NCBI RefSeq assembly: GCF_006345805.1
Contig: NC_043000.1
Span: 48,236,001 to 48,300,000, forward strand
DNA from: Octopus sinensis
Lineage: Eukaryota
Direction: 5' to 3'
DNA: 64,000 bases
Numbering within the stretch: the stretch's first letter is position 1; every line of letters starts with the position of its first letter. The notes beneath the pieces were generated by a model. It saw only the letters and a list, made by a program, of their open reading frames with translations, made no database searches and was not told the origin of the DNA. The position numbers and the translations under genes are program-made. Below, one piece after another: positions 53,528 through 64,000 of the stretch.

Positions 53528-53530
<3 letters not shown>
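53207..53530. mobile_element. Near-perfect ~240-bp palindrome plus tail, same family as 8432-8827, opposite orientation
   Basis: Arms 53207-53328 / 53329-53448; shares TTAGAGA(T/C)AAAACCACTATT and the tail AATCCTAAATCTGA...TTCCCTGTAA with the 8.4-kb copy. Confidence 0.82.
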
Positions 53531-53583
<53 letters not shown>

Positions 53584-53584
<1 letters not shown>

Positions 53585-53930
53585 AAATAAGAAAATGGAG
53601 GAATAGATTCCTTTCAATCATCAACTTACAGATAATACTAATTCATATAGGATTTGGATGTTCCTATTTAATTAGATAATAAATCATATGAATTGGTATT
53701 ATCTGTAAGTTGATGATTGAAAGGAATCTATTCCTCCATTTTCTTATTTTGCATTATGAATTTGAGGTAAAACATTTTACCTTCGCCCATTATAATACAA
53801 TAAATGAACTAATTGCATTGCAATTGTAAGCATTTATGTATTATGTATTAGCCTTTTGGGCACTTCACTGGCCGTATATTGGATAACTGATATCCCATAG
53901 TGGGTTACACTCATAACCCCTATCTTACTT
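53584..53930. repeat. Fold-back element (66-bp arms, 35-nt spacer) plus right-hand tail
   Basis: AAAATAAGAAAATGGAGG...ATTCATAT (53584-53648) / ATATGAAT...CCTCCATTTTCTTATTTT (53686-53750). Confidence 0.75.
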
Positions 53931-53943
53931 TGTACTTATATAA

Positions 53944-54008
<65 letters not shown>

Positions 54009-54759
54009 ATGTGTGTGTAGGAGTAATTTTTTTGAGTTTTCATCTACTACATTCCCACATAAGCTTGCCGAAGGTACCATGTGGTGGGATTGACAAGCAA
54101 ACTTCTTACTACAAAACCACACAAGCGCTTAGAGTCTACATCAATATTTAGACTATTCATTTAGGAATGAATATTTGTATGTGACTATGAACACTTTAAT
54201 TTGCCCCTTTATAAATAACTAAATGGTTTATAGAAATCACTTCATCATCTATTTCTGTTAATCATGCTTCTTGGTTAATATAACCTGTACTGTGGTAATA
54301 ACAAAAATCAACTGTATACAAAATATTTCTTTCTTCATGACTGGAGCATTGATGCCAGTATCCGGGAAGATTATAAACCTGCCGAAAATATACATTTATT
54401 ACTGATACCTTTATAAACTTGTTTTTTGTATATAACTTCAGATTTATATCAATACTGGTTAGTTAACTTAGTATATGTAATGATGCATTGATGCAGTAAC
54501 TTTTAGAAGTCTACTTTCTCAAAGGAAAGAAAAAAAAAAAGCAATTGATTACATGACTTTTTCAAAATAATTCCTGCAAAAAAATATTTCTAACTGTTCA
54601 AACGTTCAGCAATTTATGAGAGTTATTCTTGAATGGATACTATCAAAAGATGCTATCTTTTTTTCTTTTCTTTTTTATTATTAAGTTAAAACCATATTTT
54701 CAATCATTTGAATTAACTAAAAGAAATAAATAACATACTTACACACATATCTACTTACA

Positions 54760-55117
54760 TACATATGTATGTACGTATATGTGTGTATGTGTATATATAT
54801 ATATAATATATATATATGTATGTATATATATATAATATATATATATATAATATATATATATATATATGTATGTTATATATTATGTATATATATATATATA
54901 TGTATATATATGCATGTACATATATGTATGTACATATATGTATGTATATATATGTATGTACATATATGTATGTATATATATGTATGTACATATATATGTA
55001 TATATATGTATATATACATATGTATGTATATATACATATGTATATATATATATATAGGTAGATATAGATAGATAGCCAGATAGATAGAGAGAGGAGGGAG
55101 AAAGAGAAATAGAATTA

Positions 55118-55165
<48 letters not shown>
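54760..55165. repeat. (TA)n / TATGTACATA-type minisatellite
   Basis: Directly visible. Confidence 0.9.
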
Positions 55166-55167
<2 letters not shown>

Positions 55168-55541
55168 CATCAAGTACGTCAACACCAACATCAAAATAAA
55201 AATCAAATGGAAATTGTAGTTAAGGTACCTGTGCCGGTGACACGTAAAAAGCACCGTCCGAACGTGGCAGATGCCAGCATCGCCTGACTGGCGTCCGTGT
55301 TGGTGACACACAAAAGCACCAACCGAACGTGGCTGTTTGCCAGCCTCTTCTGGCCCCTGTGCTGGTGGCATGTAAAAATCACCCACTACACTCACGGAGT
55401 GGTTGGCATTAGGAATGGCGTCCAGCTGTAGAAACACTGCCAGATCAGACTGGAGCCTGGTGCAGCCTCCTGGCTTCCCAGACCCCGGTCGAACCGTCCA
55501 ACCCATGCTAGCATGGAAAACAGATGTTAAACGATGATGAT

Positions 55542-55544
<3 letters not shown>
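55166..55544 (+). mobile_element. SINE family C with three internal ~68-bp tandem units
   Basis: GTG(C/T)(C/T)GGTG(A/G)CA...AAAA(G/T)CACC three times, then the Meta-like domain and (GAT)n tail. Confidence 0.8.
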
Positions 55545-55577
<33 letters not shown>

Positions 55578-56015
55578 GAGGCATACGTGCATTATAAACA
55601 TAGAATCTACAAAGCTAGACTTTGATACATATTGATATAGGAGACAGTTTGTCTCATTTAAGTGTAAATTATCTTGCATAGCTCACTATTCTATTTGGCA
55701 TTAGCCAATAATTGTTTATTTACTTGAAATTATATTTAATGCAAAATCCAACCTGCTAATCATCTTTGGTAGCATGTAAACAGAAAAATGTAAACAGCAT
55801 AAAAAGAAAAAAAATGAACGTAAACAAGAAAAAAAATCATGCTCTACAAATGGAGGATTGTCATAAGTGAATTTAACATCTATGAAATAAATCATTAGCT
55901 GAACCTCTCCCTTTAGATTCAGAAGTTGATTTTGTATTTTTACTAAAGCTCGTGAGAAGCTATGAAAATGTCTGACAAAAGTTTCAAAGGCTACTACAAA
56001 GGATAGTATATATAT

Positions 56016-56435
56016 AGGCACAGGCATGGCTGTGTGGTAAGAAGATTGCCTCTCAACTACATTGTTCTGGGTTCAGTCTTACTGTGTGGCACCTTGGGTA
56101 AGTGTCTTCTGCTATAGCCCCAGGCTGACCAATGCCTTGTGAGTAGATTTGGTAGATGGAAACTAAAAAGAAGCCTGTCGTATATATGTGCGTGTATGTG
56201 TGTGTATGTGTGTGCATATGTGTGTATCTTTGTGTCTGTGTATGTCACCCACCAGCACTTGACAACTAGTGTTAGTGTATTTATGTCCCTGTAACTTAGC
56301 AGTTTGGCAAAAGGAACTGATAGAATAAGTACCAGGCTTAACAAAAACAAAGAAATCCTTGTGTTGATTTGTTCAGCTAAATCTTTCAAGGCAATGCCCC
56401 AGCATGGCTGCAGTCAAATGACTGAAACAAATAAA
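56016..56435 (+). mobile_element. SINE family A
   Basis: Homology to 6096-6522. Confidence 0.88.
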
Positions 56436-56873
56436 TGATACACAAGGTCCTATCTAGAAATAGATACTTACTTGACCTATCTTATAAACCAAATGGCTTC
56501 ATTATCTTGAAGTCAAAAGCATGTCTTGAATTAAACTCATAATGGTTTTTCTTTATTTGTTATGTGGCATTCCATCTCTTCAATGTGTAAAGTAAGTTTC
56601 TGTTTCATTTTGTGGAGAGCATCAGTATCCTTTTGAGCCTCATTATACACCTTCTCCTTGACTTATGACCCATGTGACTTACAACCACAAAAAAAATAAC
56701 TATGGTAGCATCTGGCAATGCAGGCCTCCCTCAAATCCAGGCATCCACTGCCTGCCACTGTCTCACACTCGGTTGCATTTGAATGAAAATAGTGTTGAAA
56801 AATACAAATAAAACATATGACTAGATTGACTTATGACTTATCAGTCAGGATGGAACTTTGTTGTAACTCGAAG

Positions 56874-57264
56874 CAGATCTGGATTAACCATTAAGCAAAG
56901 TAATCACATGCTTAGGGCATCAAGGGAAGGATGGGGCACCACAGAAATGGTAAATGGTTTATGGCACAAAAGAAATCACTTTAAACATGCCTTTATCTCT
57001 ACTAAGTAAAGATGCAGATGCGTTACCTAAGATTAATTTTGAGGATCTGATCAAAGACTTTGCAATTCAAAAATGTAGGAGGAAACTTTTCAAATATAAA
57101 GAAAGTAGAAGTATACAAAAATAAATATTATTTTCCCTCTTACTGTTTTGTTTCATTTTGAAAAATGGAAATTTATTTTTTTGTTTGTTATTGTTTATAT
57201 TCTGAATTAGATAATCGTTTATGGGGACACCAAAATCTTTTCAATGGGTCTTAATCTGGCCCTG
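56874..57264 (+). mobile_element. Internally deleted hAT (Tip100-like) transposon
   Basis: TIRs CAGATCTGGATTAA / TTAATCTGGCCCTG; retains the hAT C-terminal dimerisation-like peptide INFEDLIKDFAIQKCRRKLF (~57032-57091). Confidence 0.72.
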
Positions 57265-57562
57265 AGTCGGGGAGAAAGTGTATATGTGTTTTCTATTCTA
57301 GTAAGGGATTAGACCAGTGGACATGTTTTGAATCGGTTTTAATTCAGAGCTGTTGCCCTCCTAGTTGGATCTTTAGACCACATCATGCTTGTTTGCCCCA
57401 TCTTTGGTCTAGTTTCTTTGATTGGTCAACTTAAAAAAAACATCCACTTTCCATTTTATTGTTCCCAGGCCTACACTGACCCAGAGTAGCAGCATCTGTC
57501 AGGATTCCAGCTATGTGCTAAATAGCATGTGACCACCCCAAAATAGTGTACATTGACATCTG

Positions 57563-57793
57563 TTTCTTTACTACCCACAAGGGACTAAACATAGAGGGGA
57601 CAAACAAGGACAGACAAACGGATTAAGTCGATTACATCGACCCTAGTGCGTAACTGGTACTTAATTTATCAACCCCGAAAGTATGAAAGTCAAAGTCGAC
57701 CTCAGCGGAATTTGAACTCAGAACGTAACGGCAGACGAAATACGGCTACGCATTTCGCCCGGCGTGCTAACGTTTCTGCCAGCTCGCCGCCTT
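57563..57793 (-). mobile_element. Young SINE family B copy with TSD
   Basis: CpG-rich; flanked by TACATTGACATC / TACATTGATATC. Confidence 0.88.
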
Positions 57794-59488
57794 TATACAT
57801 TGATATCATAGAAAGCAGCATGGTGGAGTTGAATTATTTTGGCAAATGAACTTAATGAGTCAGTGAGAAATATTACTAGATTCTGAGTGGATGAATAGGA
57901 AATAAGCTGTCATCAGCCAGGATCAATCAGTTCAGTTAGTAAAGTACTGCTACCATCTGTAGTTGTGACATGTACTGATGAGATATTAAAACTTGCAAAA
58001 GACCAATGTGATTAAAACCCAAGACAGACATTCATGTGACATCCCTTGATCAGGACAACCGACCTGGAGGAGTTGCTTTGATTTGAGCATGTCATCTGAA
58101 TATGTTATGATGATGTTGATTGTAACACAAGGACTTCTGATGGAGTTAAAATGGTGCTAGCAGGATGGGGCTTATCCTGGGGAATTTCAAACTAAGAGCT
58201 AATCCTTCTCCAAATCTGAACACAGCTGATTTGTTTCACAGAGAGAGAGAGAGATTTAGATAAAAGCATCAACTTCAGCCAAGCATTGAGTAGGGGTGAT
58301 ACTTTATTATTGATTGACCCCCCCAAAAAGGATGAAGAGCAAAGTTGGTCTCAACTGAGTTGAACTGAGACTTGAACTCAAAAAGGCCAAGATGAATATC
58401 ACAAAGAATTCTATATTAGATTCTAGGAACTCTGCCAACTTGCTGCCGATAAACATGGTATATGAATTTCCATATAGTAGATATAGATTGGCTCTAGATT
58501 ACACTCAAGTGAATTGATATAAATCAGAGGAAAAGTATTATTAAAGTAAAGGAAACAAGAAGAAAAAAAAAATAAAGAAGTACTTGTTCAATAGAGTATC
58601 TTAATGTCAGAATTAATAACTTGCCTTGAAGCTTACTAACTACAAAATGGGGAAGAATATTAATCACCATTTGGACTTTATACTTTCGAAAGTATGTCAT
58701 TCTTTTGCTATGACACTCTCCTATGCATCTAAGCAAATATAGTTTCGTACATACATAAATACATATACATACACACTCACACATACACACATTTGCATAA
58801 TTGCCAACACGCACACACATACATAAACTGAAATATATTTTCTTACTCCATATATACTGTATGCTTAATAGTATTACCTATGGTGACTTGGTAGAGTCAG
58901 TAGATTATTTGATTTAATGCTTTTTCAGTATTTAGTGGCGACTCTTAGAGTTCCAATGCTAACTTTATCATGTATCTCTCCAGGTGAAGTTGTAGAGCCA
59001 ATAGTTTCTCTCTACAAATTTCTAGCCTCATTCCTATATAAGGAATCTTTTGTTACAGCTATTTGATTTTTCCATAATATCCCAGCATTATTTTTGCCAA
59101 TATTTCAACATCCTAATTCAATACGCTCTACATGTGCAGCATGGTGATTTTGTCAGAGTCATGCTCCTTGCAATCCAATTCTGGTGTACACAACCTGGGA
59201 TGCGATATGTAGTCGTATAAATGCACTCTTAATGCCAGCAAGTTTTCAAAATTAATCATGTGTGTACGTGTGTGTGTATACGTGGTGTCAAGTATGTATC
59301 TATATATGTACAGTCAAATAATTTATGTCATTATTACGTTGGATGATAACTGCTATGTATCTTTATGAATCTACACTCATTTATGAATCTTAATATCTAT
59401 GTCCAGCTATGTATCTATAAGTGTTTGGTTCTATTAAAGGATCTATTTATATTCAAATATTATATATATATATGTACACATTATGTAT

Positions 59489-59532
<44 letters not shown>

Positions 59533-60130
59533 ATATATATTATATATATATACACACATATATCTATCTATTAATATATTTTCATCTGTTATCAGTGTAC
59601 ATAGCAATAATTATGTTAGCACCAGATCTATATCTATTGATGTATCTCTCCATTTCTCTCTATGTGTTATCCATTATCTTTATATATATATTATATACGT
59701 GTGTTTCTATACATGTGTGTACATACATATATGTATATATGTGTGTGTTTGTGTCAATACAAGTTTATTGTTTGCTATCTCTCTCATGCTGTATGTTTGA
59801 ATAATTGTGTGTGGATTTCTGTGTGTGTGTGTGTGTGTGTGTTTGTGCACATGTGTGTTGTGTGTGTAAAAATCATAGGATAACATTTCTTCTTTTAGAC
59901 ATCAGAAAAATAAGAATAAAATAAATAAAAACAAGGCAAACCAAAACATCTTTGAAAATGTAAGGATATAACTAGGAAGACAAAGATTATAATGTTCTTT
60001 GATTTATATATTAAATTTTATCTTCTTATATCAAAGAAAGGCAATCATAGATGTTAGAAAAAATGAAGTTTATATCAAACTGATACACACACAAAAAGAC
60101 TGGTCTTTAACACATATAGTTATGCCAAAA

Positions 60131-60185
<55 letters not shown>

Positions 60186-60296
60186 GTGTATATATATATA
60201 TATATATATATATGCTCATACACACGCACAAACATATATATGAATATACAGCCATACAACATATATATGTGTGTGTATGTATAGATACACAAATAT

Positions 60297-60329
<33 letters not shown>

Positions 60330-61051
60330 CGAATGTATATATATGTGTGTATATATATGTAAATACACACACACACACACACACATACTGTCACAAACAA
60401 CTCATGCACATTTATACACTTAGTTATTAAATTCTGTTGCAATTTGAAATTAAATAATAAGATATATGTATGTGTGTGTACATGTGTGTGTGTATGTATA
60501 TATGTATGTGTCTGTGTATGTGTGTATGTCTGTCTGTATGTATATATGAATGTATGTATGAAACAGTTGAGTATTTATCCGTATATAATAGATTATTGTA
60601 ATCAAATATAAGCAAAAACCCTGTGGGGTTTTTTTTTCATTATTAATTATTTTGTTCTTTTATTAAATTTGTTTATTCTGAGCTCATATCCCTGCTTGGG
60701 TTGATCATTATCGTTTTCACTTTCCAGCCTTCAGGGTTTAAAATATGATCTAATCAATCAGTGCTAGGATTAACTGATTATTTATTGTTTTTCACACCAA
60801 ATTTATAGCCTTGTGTCTGTATCAGAAATCATAGTTACTTGTCATTGAGTTTTTGATTCAGATACTATTGGCAGCATTGACTTGTCTTCTGCAGAGAGAT
60901 AAAAATAAATCCTCACCAAATACTGAACCACTGGGTGATTCTGGGTTCTCCCCCATCCTCCCAAATCTTATGACATGGGAATTATGGTTAATTGTTGAGT
61001 GGCATTCCATTGTTCTGAATTCAAGTCCTGCCATGTTTGATGAGATAAAGT

Positions 61052-61482
61052 TGTAGTGTCACCATCTTGGAAATCTCCAGCATGCATGCGCAGAGTTGGA
61101 GTCTTCCGCGAGGCCTGCCAGAAGTTCCCTCATGCACATGCGTAGAAAACTAGCAGCAGCGAAATACCCTCGTATCGTTCTCTCAAACACCAGCAGCTGA
61201 ACAGGACAGTCATGTTTCATCAGCTCTCTCAAGCTGCTACCTCGTGGCATATCTCCACTATGCTTCAATGGACAGGATTTGGTTCACTCCACTTGACTAC
61301 TGTGATAAGCTCCTAGGCTGCCGATTCGCACAGAAAGAAGAAATGTATATATTGCGAATCAAGAAATAAATATTTATACTGTTGAAGTTAATCAGAAGTC
61401 TTGACTCTTTCCTTCGATTAATATTTAATGTAAAGGATATGAGTTGCACCCTTCCAGTGCAGGGACCTCTCATGTTGTTACA
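61052..61482 (+). mobile_element. Solo LTR (431 bp)
   Basis: TGTA...TACA termini, 4-bp TSD AAGT/AAGT, internal AATAAA, higher GC than flanks. Confidence 0.8.
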
Positions 61483-61709
61483 AAGTAAGTAACAAATTAT
61501 TATCAGGGTTTCTTTTTACTCGTTAATGTGCCCTAACATGCAACTTTCACTCTAGTTTTTATTAAAAATTTTTTTTGATAATTAACGAAGTAAATCCCTT
61601 GTTTTGTAACAACAATGAAATTACACTATTCAGTCATTACATTACAACTGTCAGTAAGTGCGTGCATGTTTGCCTGTGTCCATGTGTAAAATTTGTATAC
61701 ATGGCAGAT

Positions 61710-61925
61710 AAGGTGGTCGGCTGGCAGGAAGGACAGCATGTCAGACAAAATGCTTAATGGCATTTCGTTTGTTTTTATGCATTCTAAGTCCAAATTCCAC
61801 CAAGGTTGACTTTACCTGTCATCCTTTTGGGGTTATTAAAAGAAGCACCAGTTGAGTAGTAAGGTTGATGTAACTGACTTACACTCTCCCCTAAAACTGC
61901 TGGTTTTGTGCCAAAGTTTGAAACT
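61710..61925 (+). mobile_element. SINE family B (older copy)
   Basis: Homology to the 31327-31545 copy. Confidence 0.78.
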
Positions 61926-63469
61926 AATATTAGTTAATATTAATTTAATCTGCTATATGAAAGATTCCTAATATCTGAATATTAGACATATATATATATT
62001 TTGCTTGGTACAATAATATCTATGAATTCCTCTTTATCAGCATTTCTAAGCTTCCAGTGGAGATAACCTTGAAACTTTCATAAAGATGAATTTTGGCCCA
62101 TTATGGTTCCAAATGGTGATTAATATTACAAATAACTGTCTGTTACACAAATACAACAGAACTTTCTTAAAAGGAATTGTATCATAACATTGTCATGTTT
62201 TCAATATATGTAATAAATAAGTAAAGAATGGAAGTAGCTGGCATTACTTTTATTCCACAGCTTACAGTTGTCTTAACAAGTGAGTTACAAATGAAATATC
62301 ATGTATATTAACATACGATCAAAACGCCCCCATCCAATGGACAGTGCTGAGTTGTCAAACATTTGAACCAAATTTTCTCAAAACAACTTGTCCGACCGTC
62401 CCATAGGCCTCCCCTGTTGAGAAACACTAATTTAACCTAAATTTGAGACACCAGCAAAAAAAGAAATAAAGATAGACATTTTTTCTATTCCAAAGAAAAA
62501 CTATTTTATTCACACAAATATGCAACCAAAGAGTTTAAAGTACCAGCAATGATAAGGCTGTTGACTGGGAGAACACAAATATGGTTTAAACAGTAAGCTT
62601 GGCAGGAAAGAAACGTGCCTTTAAGCAGTACAAAAACAACAAAAAATGAAAGGTGCAGTTATGTACAGGTTGACAGAAGAAAAGCAGGGCAAAAATAGTT
62701 TTATCAATCACATTCTCACCTGGAATTGATTTTAATAATTTTTTCAAGACTTATACACTCCCTAATACCGTTGGCATCTACATATCATATTTGAGCGCAA
62801 TCAGATGGAGCATGCCTGAGATCCTAGCAGACACACAGACAGACAGACAGAACAGATTTTATATAATAGATATGGGGAAAATGATATAGTCATTCCCACT
62901 ATGCAATGTATTACATAATACTCTCTGCAATTGTTTAATTTATAACTGAATGGTGTTTTTGGTAACATATATTGGTGAAATACACACTCAAATAGATATA
63001 TAGATAAATCGGTAGATAGCTGTATGCAACAGACTTCCACATTGTTTCCATTTACTAAGTTTCATTCACAAGTTATTGACTAATCCATGACTAAAGTAGA
63101 AGACATTTGTTGTAAGAGCTGTTGAATGGTATTGAACCTGCAGTCATGCTGTTGCAAATTAAACTTCTTAACCACAAAACCAAACTTGTAGCTATGTAGA
63201 CAACAGTTTTGAAGAGACAAGTTTTGTATGGTTGACTTACATATTCAGGGCCAACTGAGAACATAACAAGTATAATGAAATCAATTTTCCTGAGTAAACC
63301 TAAACACAAATCAAACTCCAAAAATATGTTTGGAATACTTAGTTTTTGTTTGAGATAAAAGGTGAATTTCAAGAATTCACTTTTAGAATTTCAACCCAGT
63401 TCTACCATCTAGTTGACATAATTGTCATAAGATTAGCCTTTACTATGTATGTATTCCATCAAATCACTA

Positions 63470-63683
63470 TGTCAATTTACCATTCACATTAATCTGTCAA
63501 ATATAATACCTATTTATTCACATTGTTTTGAATTAATCATGCATTATTTTGTAACTTTGAGATTTTGATGAGGTAACTGTTAATTTTTAGAATGATAATG
63601 TAGGGTTGGTGTGAGAGGCCAGATCTGACCAGTTTGAACATAAAACTGGTAAAATATGGATAGTTTAAATACTAAAGGGTTAA
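63470..63683 (+). mobile_element. piggyBac-type MITE copy
   Basis: Ends AAATACTAAAGGGTTAA; shares gaattaatcatgcatt with the 7365 and 10287 copies. Confidence 0.72.
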
Positions 63684-64000
63684 ATATCTATTGTATAAGC
63701 TCCCTTACTGAGAGGATAAACTGTAAAGCAACAACAGGAGAGGCAGAAAAGATCTCAAGTGAGTGTACAAGATAGTTTAGTGATTTGAACCCCAACCATG
63801 AAATAATCAGTTTCTATTCATAAGTATTCTACTAGAGTTTCACATGATTGACCTATAAATCAATCAATCAGCACGAAGCTGATATAACTACTCAAATATT
63901 CTAAAATTCACGCCGTTTTAGCCAAGTTGAACCAATTTGGTGCCTAACTCCCAGCAGAGACTGCCTTGAGAATTCCAGCAAGGTAGACTGCTGTGAGCCT

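Noticed and set aside
57960-58190. LL*FEHVI* resembling the RTE LRWFGHV motif
   Set aside because: Too degenerate to call from one short motif

Overview
AT-rich, microsatellite-dense eukaryotic DNA with no intact protein-coding gene. The SINE families and the (TA)n/(CA)n/(ATT)n/(CAT)n load look like an octopus (coleoid cephalopod) intronic or intergenic region; this is inferred from repeat recognition, not from a search. Almost all ORF-track entries are microsatellite or SINE artefacts. Recognisable content: a decayed mariner, dozens of copies of about four modular SINE families, two non-autonomous Helitrons, piggyBac- and hAT-type MITEs, a CR1-type LINE 3' end, a solo LTR, a Penelope-like (PLE) reverse-transcriptase fossil and a few candidate short + strand exons of an unidentified host gene. 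The most striking unexplained structure is a set of about 8 sequence-diverse elements, mostly fold-backs (inverted repeat plus one-sided tail) and mostly sitting in (TA)n tracts, twice inside a SINE's own internal (TA)n. Several carry minimal type I hammerhead-ribozyme motifs (CUGANGA...GAAAC-palindrome-GUH), consistent with a (TA)n-homing, non-autonomous PLE/retrozyme-like system.
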